The notes under the pieces were generated by a model. That model saw only the letters and a program-made list of their open reading frames with translations, did not search any database and was not told the DNA's origin. Shown here in pieces: positions 9,808-20,429 of a stretch of 64,000 bases of DNA. The first letter of the stretch is position 1. The number at the start of each line of letters is the position of its first letter. Source of the DNA: Microthyrium microscopicum (taxonomy: Eukaryota); NCBI GenBank assembly GCA_010405405.1, contig MU004232.1:1073481-1137480 (forward strand). The letters are read 5' to 3'. The position numbers and the translations under genes were made by a program.

Positions 9808-12800
9808 CTATACTACCTCTTCACTATCGATAGCGGCCAAGCGACAAGGCTCTACCGCAGTCCAAACTCTCCGACCTCTCGCCGTAACCAAATCATCCAG
9901 CTCCATCTCTTTCTCTTCATCATCATCTCCGGCGCGCACTTCATCCTCCGCAGGCTTCGTCTCTTCCACACTAGCCCCAATCTCAAACTCGCCAGCACAT
10001 AACGCCCTTATCGGCAACTCCACCATCTGTACTCCGCCGGGCTGAAGTACTGCCACTGGACGTTGCAATGCGCCCGTCCATGCCAGTCGCTTGCTGATGT
10101 CCAGGGCAATTTCACGCGGCTGGTCAGCTAAGCTCGGGCGTAATCGTAGCATGGCATAAACTTTCTGTGGCGAGCGGTTACGTAGTACGATACGGAGGGT
10201 GACAAACTCATCCGTGCTAATTTGGAAGGTGCGCTCGCCTACTTGGCTGACAGTATTGCCAAGTGCGGAAAATGAGAAGCTGACGTCTGGCAACCGGAGC
10301 GTGTTTACCATGCGAGGACTTAGGCGAATGCTACGTAAATCAATGAGGCCGCTGCGACCAGATTTGCTGGAGCCGTCGAGGGTTTCGCTCCAGTGGCCGG
10401 TGATTCCTTGGAGGAGCGCTTCACGAAACCAGAAAGTTTCGCGTGCGGCTTGTTCAATGCCAGGAGAGATGCGGCCGGTGGAGACGACGAATTGTCGTTG
10501 ATGAGCCGGGGAGAGCGGTTTAATGCGTCGATGGGGGTCTGCGATATGGATCTTGGGGAGGAGGAATAGTTGGCGGGAGATTTGCCCTGGCTGGATAGAG
10601 TCCGTGGCTTCGCCAAGGCTGTTCATGGAGCCTTGCGCTATATCTTGAGAGCTGGCGAGGCTGACTTGTAGAGGGGAAGGCCAATTGTTCCTGAGATCTA
10701 AGAGCATTAGACAATACTCATCTGCTCCTTTCAGCTCTTTGAGTGTAGAGGCGATGTGAGAGATATGACGACCGCCAGTACTTGGGGTCGAGCTGCTGGA
10801 CATTTCGGGGGAGAGTTTGTTTTGAAGTGTTTCCCATACAAAGTCTTTGGACAGGTTGACAATCTCAAGGCGGTGAACTAAAATGCTGGCATTGACCGTG
10901 ATGGAGATTGGAAACGTGACTTGTCTAGTATAAAAGCTCTGCTCATCTTTAGTGTGAGGTTTGCTCATATTGGCGTAATCGAATTGTATCGAAGCAGAAC
11001 TCAATCCTGCTTTCGCCAGTATTTCGAACTGGAAAGTAGCCGAAGAGTTGGGAGGTATGGAGGTTGGTTGACCAGGAAGAATTGTGAGAGCGGGCAATTT
11101 TGTCAGCTGATATTCAATCTCATACATGTCGGCAGGAGAGATTCCTTTTTGAAGCAATGCATCTTGCATGGCGTCAGCAGCGGTGTCTCGAAAGGAGATA
11201 TGCAGGAAGTCCGCGGGAACAGTGGATGAGGTATTTTGAATGGTCACCGATACTACAGTCTTTTCGCCCTCAAGCAGCATGACTGAAGAGCCAGGTATTG
11301 ACGACTCCGAGACTAATAGAGTTGGCTGATCTGGAATGACATTGAGCGGGATTGTCGCAGGTACTGGGAAGGATCTTTTCGGTCTTTCATTCACAGCCTC
11401 GCCTAGAGACTGTTCCGACAATGGTCGAGAATCGGGTCTTGACGATCTGAAGAGCCCAATGCCTTTGACTTTGATATCCGCGTCTGGTGTCCACGGTTCG
11501 CTAAAAACAGGGAATAGGCGTTCCCTACACCCTTTGACTTTGATAAAGCACCCGTATACATTTACGAGTCCCTCTTCAGGAATAGTGCCAATGAGGGAAA
11601 AGCTTTGGGTACGATAAGGTTTCAAGAAGAAGTTATGCTTGCTGATATCGAGATCGATATCCTCAGCCACCAGTCGCAGAGATTCTATCTCTACTTCAAA
11701 CTCATAAGGATTCTGTAGCGATACAACAAACTCTCTTTCCTCACCGGCTGCGAGTAGATTCGGTAGAGTGGTCGATGTTTGCTTGTCGAGGAATGGATTG
11801 TGGATGAAAGGATCTCTCTTCTCTGGAGCTTCAGCCTTTGCCTTGCCAAGATCTGATCGCTTGTGAGGTCGTAAAACAATTGATGCTGATGAGTCAAGTA
11901 GGTAGAACCCTCGAACGAGAAATTCATCCCAGTATTCAGCTTCGATATCATTTCGTCCTGCCGCTTTGGCTTCTGCAACGGTTCTGAATATGTTGCTTGC
12001 CAGATGCACCTGTTCTTCGCGCGAAAGGTTTACGAGAATGTCGCTGGTTTCCGCGCTAGGCGCTATGCCAGGACCAGCCGTCCTCAGTAAAGTGGAGCTG
12101 TAGTGAAGAATACCATGGTAGTCAGGCAGGGCCTCGCATAGTTGTATGCAAGCGCGAAGCACGTCGGCTTTGATATTGATGTTGCCAAATGATCGAAGAA
12201 CAAAGTTTCCAACTAGCTGTTCTGGTAGGTGTTTGTCTTTATATGTGGATCCATTTGTGAGGCCATTCTGGAGAAACTCGTGGCCTACCGATCGTGTCCA
12301 CTTTGCTTCAGGAATGCCATAAACATGGCAGATAACATTGAGTACATCTTCTACACCTGTCTCGAGTTCCCACTCTGGAACATCACCTGCTCGAGCAATG
12401 GCAGAGAGCCCGGCTGACGGGTGTATACCTGCTTCTGCGGCTCCCGCCATCTTAGCCTGTAAAAGACCAGGTATTAGAACTGCCAGAAAATCTTTCATGA
12501 TCATTGCCTTTTTACGCTGCATTCCCAAGGTTGAGAAGACAGACGCTACACCAGCCAACACCATAGCGTGATCTACTGGAGATAGGTTCATGGTCTCTGC
12601 AGGGGCAAGTAAGGCCCGCCCTAGTATATTCGAGATCTCCCTTCTTGAGGGATAGATACCCAGCCTAGTCAGAGACAGATCCGAGAAAACTGGAAGAGGT
12701 GATCCGGTTACCAGATGTGTAAGGCCCTCTGAGGTCAATAAGCCTCCGGAAACATTGATTACAGAAAGCAGTTTAGCGAGTCGAATTGTACACTCTGAAA

Positions 12801-14205
12801 AGACTAGTTGAGGAACAACATCGCCGGATAATGAAGAAGCAGCCCGGCTGTATATGCTCTGAATCAAATTGGTCATGCTAGGTAGCAAGCTACTAAGCAT
12901 CTTGAAGTGAGTCGTCTTCGCTTGGGGAGTGCTGAATGGAGCAAATGTTATCTCCAATCTGAGGTCCAAATCTCCATTTGTACCGTTTTTGGATGCTGTA
13001 GTAATCTCCGTGCTGGGATAGCACACCGGTGGAACCGGAAACTCTAGACCTGTCCACGCAAGAAGTAGCATGCTGAGTGCCATTAACTCAAGAGCTTTGG
13101 CATGCCACATATGATCACTGAATGATCTGGCTCGAAGTGCACTTTCATTGCACTCTCGCAAGGCTTCATCCCATCGCCCAGCCATTAGGTGAATGGAGGC
13201 CATCACTACACCCACTCGACCTTTACCTTTGTTGCGTGTCTTTTCCGAAAAAGAGTCAGATCCAAACCCGTGAACAGAAACGCGGTCTTTACTGCCATCT
13301 CGTGATGGCATTAAAGATCCAGGTCTTTTTCGTAGCCGGTCAACGGGATTCGGACTCGGACGGATTGGTGGGGATCCACCCATTTCTTCAAACGTCTTTG
13401 CTGGATTTCTGGCTTGTCCAGAGGCATCTGACAAGGCTAGATCTGAGCCATTCTTTGATGGAAATACAGGCATGGACATTCGATGCAAATCCTTATCGAC
13501 GGCGGGGGACTGCGACCTTGACCGGTCACCGGCCATAGAGCTGGTTCTACTCAGAGATGGAGATTCATCCGTGTGCCATTGGGGCTGTAGAGTCTGCGCC
13601 TCTGGAACTGTAGGCGATATGATGGATGGTAGGGCCGCGATTGACTTGGAGTAACTATTGAGTTCTATACAAACAGCAACAGCAAGTCTACGAAGGCAAC
13701 TTTCTAGGTAGGAAGTGCACTCAGGGCCCTGTGGGATAACAATTACATCGTCGCCCGGCTCAGCTCTCTCAATGGTACCGGGTTCGTCAAAGAGAAAGAT
13801 ACGGTGCAGTAGCATGGTTGGATATTGATCACGGACTGAGTCCATGAGGTCTCGAAACTGCTCCTTCCTTTGGCGGGCCGATTCTTTGAGTTCGGAAACG
13901 TCGTCCTGGGAGGTGTATTCTGAGGCATCACCAATACCAATGACCAGCATCGATTCCCGAAAAAGCTCAAAGGGTGCCAGATTTGAATGGGAGTCTGATA
14001 TTGTTGATAGATTAAAGTCAAAAAACATCATCCCTCCTCTAATGGCAGGCGAAGTGGCGTCCTGATCATTTTGAAGTGGAACAGCTGTGTTTTGTATCAA
14101 GTGGGCGTGGAATTCGAGGAATCTAGCTCGCTTGATCCGGCCAACTGGCAGGACCAAAGCGCGCACCCTCGCCGGCGCGAAGGGTGATAGAGGATCGGCT
14201 GACAT
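9808..14205 (-). CDS. TRS120: TRAPPII subunit Trs120 (hypercellular HypA-like)
   Basis: 1465-aa ORF beginning DPLSPFAPARVRALVLPVG, with DHMWHAKALE, EYWDEFLVRG, PFIHNPF, LQNPYEFEVEIESL. Confidence 0.9.
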   Translation of the reverse strand: MSADPLSPFAPARVRALVLPVGRIKRARFLEFHAHLIQNTAVPLQNDQDATSPAIRGGMMFFDFNLSTISDSHSNLAPFELFRESMLVIGIGDASEYTSQDDVSELKESARQRKEQFRDLMDSVRDQYPTMLLHRIFLFDEPGTIERAEPGDDVIVIPQGPECTSYLESCLRRLAVAVCIELNSYSKSIAALPSIISPTVPEAQTLQPQWHTDESPSLSRTSSMAGDRSRSQSPAVDKDLHRMSMPVFPSKNGSDLALSDASGQARNPAKTFEEMGGSPPIRPSPNPVDRLRKRPGSLMPSRDGSKDRVSVHGFGSDSFSEKTRNKGKGRVGVVMASIHLMAGRWDEALRECNESALRARSFSDHMWHAKALELMALSMLLLAWTGLEFPVPPVCYPSTEITTASKNGTNGDLDLRLEITFAPFSTPQAKTTHFKMLSSLLPSMTNLIQSIYSRAASSLSGDVVPQLVFSECTIRLAKLLSVINVSGGLLTSEGLTHLVTGSPLPVFSDLSLTRLGIYPSRREISNILGRALLAPAETMNLSPVDHAMVLAGVASVFSTLGMQRKKAMIMKDFLAVLIPGLLQAKMAGAAEAGIHPSAGLSAIARAGDVPEWELETGVEDVLNVICHVYGIPEAKWTRSVGHEFLQNGLTNGSTYKDKHLPEQLVGNFVLRSFGNINIKADVLRACIQLCEALPDYHGILHYSSTLLRTAGPGIAPSAETSDILVNLSREEQVHLASNIFRTVAEAKAAGRNDIEAEYWDEFLVRGFYLLDSSASIVLRPHKRSDLGKAKAEAPEKRDPFIHNPFLDKQTSTTLPNLLAAGEEREFVVSLQNPYEFEVEIESLRLVAEDIDLDISKHNFFLKPYRTQSFSLIGTIPEEGLVNVYGCFIKVKGCRERLFPVFSEPWTPDADIKVKGIGLFRSSRPDSRPLSEQSLGEAVNERPKRSFPVPATIPLNVIPDQPTLLVSESSIPGSSVMLLEGEKTVVSVTIQNTSSTVPADFLHISFRDTAADAMQDALLQKGISPADMYEIEYQLTKLPALTILPGQPTSIPPNSSATFQFEILAKAGLSSASIQFDYANMSKPHTKDEQSFYTRQVTFPISITVNASILVHRLEIVNLSKDFVWETLQNKLSPEMSSSSTPSTGGRHISHIASTLKELKGADEYCLMLLDLRNNWPSPLQVSLASSQDIAQGSMNSLGEATDSIQPGQISRQLFLLPKIHIADPHRRIKPLSPAHQRQFVVSTGRISPGIEQAARETFWFREALLQGITGHWSETLDGSSKSGRSGLIDLRSIRLSPRMVNTLRLPDVSFSFSALGNTVSQVGERTFQISTDEFVTLRIVLRNRSPQKVYAMLRLRPSLADQPREIALDISKRLAWTGALQRPVAVLQPGGVQMVELPIRALCAGEFEIGASVEETKPAEDEVRAGDDDEEKEMELDDLVTARGRRVWTAVEPCRLAAIDSEEVV

Positions 14206-14914
14206 GGCGACATTATCATGCTCGTCGTCAAAAACTCCAATTCATTATTTTTCTTAGGAGAGGTTCCAACAGGGGTGTGAGATATGTTCAGTCGTCCTTG
14301 TCGCTAGGCTTCAGAACTCGTCGCATCTCCAAGCTCTTACAGTATGGATTGGCGCCAGTCGCTTGGGATCGGGTTCAAGCCAGAAAGGTTACAGCTTCGC
14401 TAAAATGGGTAATTTTCACCTTGTCTTGTTGTTGAGATGTTTATGGAGTTGAAAGTGAGATGCACCATGCGCCATGCCTTTCTGAATCCGATAAATCGCC
14501 TATTGGCTACTCAAATTACCCCTGGCTCTAGCACGGCTGCATAATAATCGGTTCCGCCCTTGTGCTCTTTTGCCGTTTGCGATACCTTGCAAAACCATCC
14601 CCATTTTTCCTACATGGCATTCTTATGTGTGTGAGTTGATGGTTTTCGACTGATTAACAGATGAGAAATATACAAGTTAAGGTCTGCTTCTTACGCAGAT
14701 TGATACTGTAGAGCAAGCTAAATCAATGGGTCGGCTATTTTGCGCAGTACTTTTCCTAGTGCCTCGGCGGCCTCGCGACGTCACTTGTAGAGTCTAGGCC
14801 CCTGCTTTATCGCACCGCTATCTCAATTGCCCACCGCTACATCCCTTTCTGTGAGCTATATATCTACCCGTTAGCCCTTCGAGACTCTCCCATGGACTAG
14901 ACTTGAACAAAGAT

Positions 14915-15610
14915 ATGGGGCAAGCCAGCTCCAAGAAGATCACTGCCCAGGATGACGCCATCCTGTCTATGAAGATCCAGCGAGACAAGCTACAGCAGTA
15001 CCAAAAGAAGATAAAACATGTTACCGCACGAGAGACTGAGGTTGCAAAAGAGTGCTTGCGCCGAGGGGACAAGAAGAAGGCACTGGTTGCGCTGAGGAGA
15101 AAGAAATACCAGGAATCTTTATTAGCCAAGACGGACGCACAACTCGAACAGCTCGAGATCCTGGTCAATGATGTTGAGTTTGCGCGGGTCCAGAAAGATG
15201 TCATGTATGGCTTGCAACAAGGAACTTCAGTATTGAAACAAATACATCGAGAGATGGGCGGTGTAGAGGGTGTAGAGAAGCTCTTGGCTGACAATGAGGA
15301 AGCAAGGCTTTATCAGAAGGTATTATCCACACAGAGCCCAAATCTGGCACCTTCGCTAACCCTGTATCAGGAGGTTAACGATCTACTCGCTGGTCGCATG
15401 TCCAATCAGGACGAGGACGAAGTAGAGGATGAACTTGAAGCACTCGAACGAGAAATGAACCCTATCAAAGACGAACCTATCTCCCATCCCGAACTTCCAG
15501 ACGCACCCGCACAAGAGCCCGAACGCAGGGAAAGCCAGAAAGAAAGATGGGAACGACGCGCACGAGAACAGAGAGAACAGAGAGAACCACAAGAGCCACT
15601 ACTTGCATGA
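14915..15610 (+). CDS. VPS20: ESCRT-III subunit Vps20/CHMP6
   Basis: Myristoylation-type start MGQASSKKITAQDDAILSMKIQRDKL, Snf7 coiled coil, acidic tail; probable intron 15320-15370. Confidence 0.92.
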   Translation: MGQASSKKITAQDDAILSMKIQRDKLQQYQKKIKHVTARETEVAKECLRRGDKKKALVALRRKKYQESLLAKTDAQLEQLEILVNDVEFARVQKDVMYGLQQGTSVLKQIHREMGGVEGVEKLLADNEEARLYQKVLSTQSPNLAPSLTLYQEVNDLLAGRMSNQDEDEVEDELEALEREMNPIKDEPISHPELPDAPAQEPERRESQKERWERRAREQREQREPQEPLLA

Positions 15611-15791
15611 GCATACGAAGCATTGTTTTATTTGCATGGCGGCCATCATACCCAGAATACGCACAGTTGGCTATTATTTTCTTCAACTATGGAAGAAGCA
15701 CGTCAAGTTTGAATTATAAACACAATACCCAATCAAGATTTTGTCCAGACATCATTTACGCTACCTAATACTCCAATGAATTCATAACGAT

Positions 15792-17745
15792 CTACACAAT
15801 TCCTCGGCGCAAGAATTTGGTTGGAATGTCCACATACTTGGCCCGAATGTATTCCATGACATTCTTTCCAAGTCCATCGTATGTGCTGCTGGCGTTGTAA
15901 CTTCTGTCAAGATGATCGTGGAGAACATAGTGAACTGCTTTGATACCTGGGATTTCAAACCGTCCCACGAGCTTTCCATTGTACTCTGGTCCTAGGAGTG
16001 CCTTCATCTTGGGGATCGTCATAAGGGATCTCAGCCAATCCCACTCATCGTCGCTGCGAACGAAGAAGCCCAAGTTTGCATCAGACGCCTTGTCTCCTGA
16101 GCGACCAAGGACAACCCAGCCTAGAGGTCCTCGGACAACGGGACCGAACGAATCCAGAGCAACAGGCTCTTTCGTCTCGTAAGACCATTGTCGTGTCTCG
16201 TAAAGCCTGACTGATGGGGATGGTGGAATGTCGATGACTTGATTCGATTCGAGCAGATTGACTTGATGGCGAACGACTGCCTGAGGAATCAATGCAGCCC
16301 AGTATTCGAAGAATTCCTTTCCAGCACTTTGTCGCAGATCATTTTCGATTGTTGCTCCAGGGCAGCTTTGCAAAAAGTTTTCCAAACACCAGCGGTTGAA
16401 GCCAGGAATCTCCATGGTGTCCTTGACCACCAATGAACGCTCCTTGGTTTGAGCGAATACGCGATACTCGGCTGTAGCAAAGTTCTGATTCTCAGGATCT
16501 GGTTGCGAATATCCTACAATCTGGAAGTCTAACACTGAGAACTTCTTTGCGTTTTCGCCCATGGAGTACAAGACTTGCTTCTTCGTCCATTCAGCCTTTT
16601 GCTCGATGTCTAGACCGCAGAGATAGTAGGAGATTTGTGCTTGGTATCCGCCGCTTGCTGTGATTCCGACTCTTGTTGTGGTTGGTGGTGGGTTGCCTTT
16701 GATGCCCGTTACTAGCACTCGGTCCTTGCCTTCCTGGGTCATCTTAATTCCTTCAAGAACAGCAACAACGTCTGAGCCGTAGTATTGCGGTCCTTGAATT
16801 TCGTACAGGAGTTGTGACGCCACCGTTCCAACTGAGATCTGGTTCTATGTTAGCATATGATGGCTGTTGATAATTTCTCAGGACTTACTTCACCACCCGT
16901 GCCTGGCTCCTTTATGATAGCAACGGATCCGTCCGGGAATATCTCAGCAATTGGGAACCCAAGGTTTTCGCAACCCTCGAACAAAGTCTTAAATCCGGAG
17001 TAATAACCACCGCAAACATAAGACGAGCACTCAATGAGATGTCCCGCGACAAGCGATCCAGCCATCTGATCAAAGTCTGTATCACGGTTCCAGCCGTGCC
17101 ACCACATAGCAGCTCCAATCGTAGGAGCGGCATCCGCAACACGTCCACAGATGACAATGTCCGCACCGTTTTTGAACGCCTCAGCAATACCCGCACCACC
17201 AAGATAACATCTGGGACCTATCAGCTCTCCGAACACGGGTAGACGTCGTCAAATACTCACTGCGCCGCAACAGGCTCAAAACCCCAATCCTTCAACTCTC
17301 CGCCAAAGCACGTATTCTCAAATTTCTCTCCCTTCGCCAACATTCCATTCACCGTCTCCATAACATCATCACCCGCAATCCACGCCACCTTCAACGTGCT
17401 CTTCTGCTCCTTGATCAATCTTTGGATCTCTTTCGCCAGCTTCTCTGTGTCACTAGCGCCCGCATTCACTGCAACCTTGATGCCCTTCTCTTGAATCAAC
17501 GGGAGCGCGGGTGAGAATGTGGCGAGAAAGGACGGGTCGTAGAGACCGATGCGGTCTTCGTCAGAGATGCCTTTGGCTTTGGACTCGGCTTTGGCCGCGC
17601 CGTGCCAGCCCATTGTGCATTCGGACATCCAGTCGCCAACAATAACGTCGACATCGCATTTTGCCATGGACAGGATGGAGCGTTGGCGGTCGGTGAAACC
17701 ACCGGAGCAGCCGGCAATCCGGATGGGGCGGTTTATTGATGGCAT
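15792..17745 (-). CDS. DUF1446/AtuA (acyclic terpene utilisation family) protein, 2 introns
   Basis: IRIAGCSGGFTDR, VAVNAG, YLGGAGIAEAF..GADIVICGRVADA, AGHLIECS, QLLYEIQG, GRSGDK across three ORF segments joined by GT-AG introns. Confidence 0.88.
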
Positions 17746-18480
17746 ATTGTGCTGTTGTTTGGTGGTTATGTGGTTGGTATATGAGTTATATGGATGAGGT
17801 GGAAACAGCAGTCAAGCTTTCCAAGGTTATTCTTGTGAGGTTGTGATTTTTGAAATGTAAAAACTTGTATTCTTGAGACTATTACATTCACTGGGACTTC
17901 TACATATATATCTAACTCAGGCGGGTATATCGGCAGCTTTGTGAAGTTCCTGTGACCGCGAATGCTGGGCTTTTCTGGTGGGGAAATCGCAAAAGGACCT
18001 CCAGACCTGTTGTTGGATAAGGAGTACCTTTAAAGAAGAGGTGTCGTGATTGTTTTTGAGACTTCTAGACTAGCGAATGGGCATTAGAGTTTCCTACATG
18101 GCGGAAAACGATTACCAGTCACATGCGACATCGCCACATTCATTGTGCAATCGGCCAAACAACGCTGACATCGGGCTTGTAATGACTCTAGGCAGCTTGG
18201 TTTACATTGTTATGGGAGGCCTCTGCTCGAAGTATTGCTTCGCCATTTGCAGGTGTTCTTGGACACGGTCTGGCAAAGGCCCAGCCAAGGAGCAACAAGA
18301 AGATCGGGATAATTCACTATCTCTCAGAGGCTTATGGGAGATCACTTTGCAAGAAATTCTCCTAGCGCCAAAGCTCTTGATCTCCGTATGATCAACTCGA
18401 GTCCTGAAAATTCGTTATCATGAGTGATGAGATGGAAAATCTTCAACAGTGCAGTCACGAAGGTTGGACTGTGAACGACA

Positions 18481-18493
18481 CGGAGGATGCCGA
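18481..18493. promoter_or_regulatory. Candidate Zn2Cys6 site CGG-N6-CCGA
   Basis: CGG-AGGATG-CCGA in the divergent region between the AtuA-like and THI5-like genes. Confidence 0.35.
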
Positions 18494-18971
18494 GCAACTC
18501 AACTACCACCTGAAGTTGAGTACTCCGTTCCTCAATCTATCTGGAAATGCTTGAGCCAATCAGAAAGGCAATGGATCGGCATGCATTGCATAATTTCTAG
18601 CCTTGTTAGGTCTAGGAATAATCCGACAGTTGGCTGTTGATGATTGAGAATGCATTAGCTACACCATGTTCCGAAGCTTCGCAATATCCCGATAGACCCT
18701 TGGAGTACATGAGCCTTGTGGATAACACCGAATTCCATCACGAGAAAAATTACTTCGCGACTCTCCGATGACAAACAGAAACCCTATTAACAAGAGAGTA
18801 TTTAAATGGCCTGGAAGCAGCTTTTGACATAATTCATATCCATCTAGCATCACAGTACTACTATACAGCATACTACAACACCAAGCTTCTATCTCATTAC
18901 CTTAACTTGTCTCGAAGGCTGAATCATTTTGAACAAAACTACTACTTCAAGTCCTCGAACTCATCTACACG

Positions 18972-19931
18972 ATGGGTGACTACGCAGGCAACACTACCAA
19001 TGGAACCGAGAAAACTCTCGAACCTTTCCACATGACAGCCACCGGCTACAACCTCAACTACCTCCCAGAATACATTGCCTCAAGACACGGCTTCTTCAAA
19101 GAGCAAGGCCTCGATGTAACGGTCAACATCCCATCCCCCTGGGACGGTGTCCTCGACTCCCTCCACGACAACTCTGCCATCATGGCCCTCGGCGGCATCT
19201 GGGTGCCCTCCATGTACAAGAAGAACAACGTCCAAGACTACACAGTCTTCGGGCAAATCGCCAACCGCTGCCCTCTCGCTGTCCTACGACGTACCAGCAG
19301 CGAACCCTTCAAAGTTACCGACTTTGCCAAATCTACAGTCCTCATGAAGGGTATTGGCGGTGCTAGTGCAGGTCTCTTCTTCAAGATGTTTTTGCGCGAG
19401 AACGATATCGATGTTGGCGCTGTCACCTACGTACAAGATCTCGATGGCAAGATGCTGGGCGATTTGTTCCAGGGCGGTATGGGAGATTATTTTGTTACAG
19501 ATAATTTGTCTGCGCTTGCAATGGTGGCGCGCAATCCAAAAGTCAGCATTGCCATCTCGATGGTCACGCAGGGGAATATTCCCTGGTCCGTATACTACCG
19601 CGAGACAGCGACCATCACACCAGAAGTGCTGGAGAAGTCACAGCGATTCTTCACTGCGCTGGAGAAGGGCATTGCTTGGGTCATGGAGCGTGATGCTGAA
19701 ACATATCGGGATGAACTTGCAGAGCTGTTTCCAAATGTGCCAGTCGATGTGGCGATCAAAGTTACCAATGGCTTCCGTCGGGATAGCATGTGGACATCCA
19801 CTAGTGTGTGTCCTCAAGGATTTGCCCGCTGGCAGAAGGGCCTTGCGCTTGCTGGTCTTTATCCAGAGCCATTGGACTACAAGTATATGGTCAATGATGG
19901 ACCCGCGTCTGCGGCACGAGCTACAAAATAG
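18972..19931 (+). CDS. NMT1/THI5-like (SsuA/TauA-type solute-binding fold) protein, intronless
   Basis: 319-aa ORF; YLPEYIASRHGFFKEQGLDV resembles the N-terminal signature of ABC nitrate/sulfonate/THI5-type binding proteins; no signal peptide and no CCCxC motif. Confidence 0.72.
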   Translation: MGDYAGNTTNGTEKTLEPFHMTATGYNLNYLPEYIASRHGFFKEQGLDVTVNIPSPWDGVLDSLHDNSAIMALGGIWVPSMYKKNNVQDYTVFGQIANRCPLAVLRRTSSEPFKVTDFAKSTVLMKGIGGASAGLFFKMFLRENDIDVGAVTYVQDLDGKMLGDLFQGGMGDYFVTDNLSALAMVARNPKVSIAISMVTQGNIPWSVYYRETATITPEVLEKSQRFFTALEKGIAWVMERDAETYRDELAELFPNVPVDVAIKVTNGFRRDSMWTSTSVCPQGFARWQKGLALAGLYPEPLDYKYMVNDGPASAARATK

Positions 19932-20429
19932 AGGCCTTGTTTTGGCTGTTGGTTAGTATCTTTGATAACAAAGGCATGGATTGGGAGTTAAGCATATCGG
20001 TATTTACGTAGGTAGACATTGAATTTCATCTTGCATCTCTTAAAGCTCAAATTTCAAATTCTCAATTGATCAGTTAGTACCTGTTAACACGTCTTTCAGA
20101 GACAAGCTTCATACTAATGTACACTACGCCATAGAATATCTATTAATGTAAATTCTGGCCCTCCGCATACTGAGCAGTCAGTGCTTCTCAATCCAAGGAG
20201 GTGGACAATGAGTGAAGTGACCTACAACGACGAAGAGTAAAAAAAAACAATTGTAGCTTTCTCGGCACTGTAAAAGAGTCACGCTTACAGCTCAGATATC
20301 GTCAATGTAAGAGTTGGAGACTAAGATCAAAAGAAGGAATTGTTCATAGCATTATTTTCATTATCTGCTTACGCCAATCCAGAATATGACAGAGTATGCG
20401 TAGCGGCCATTAGTATTGAATGCAATGAA

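Noticed and set aside
15320..15370. Stop-free 51-nt in-frame segment in VPS20
   Set aside because: Has GT donor, GCTAAC branch site and CAG acceptor; best read as an ordinary intron.
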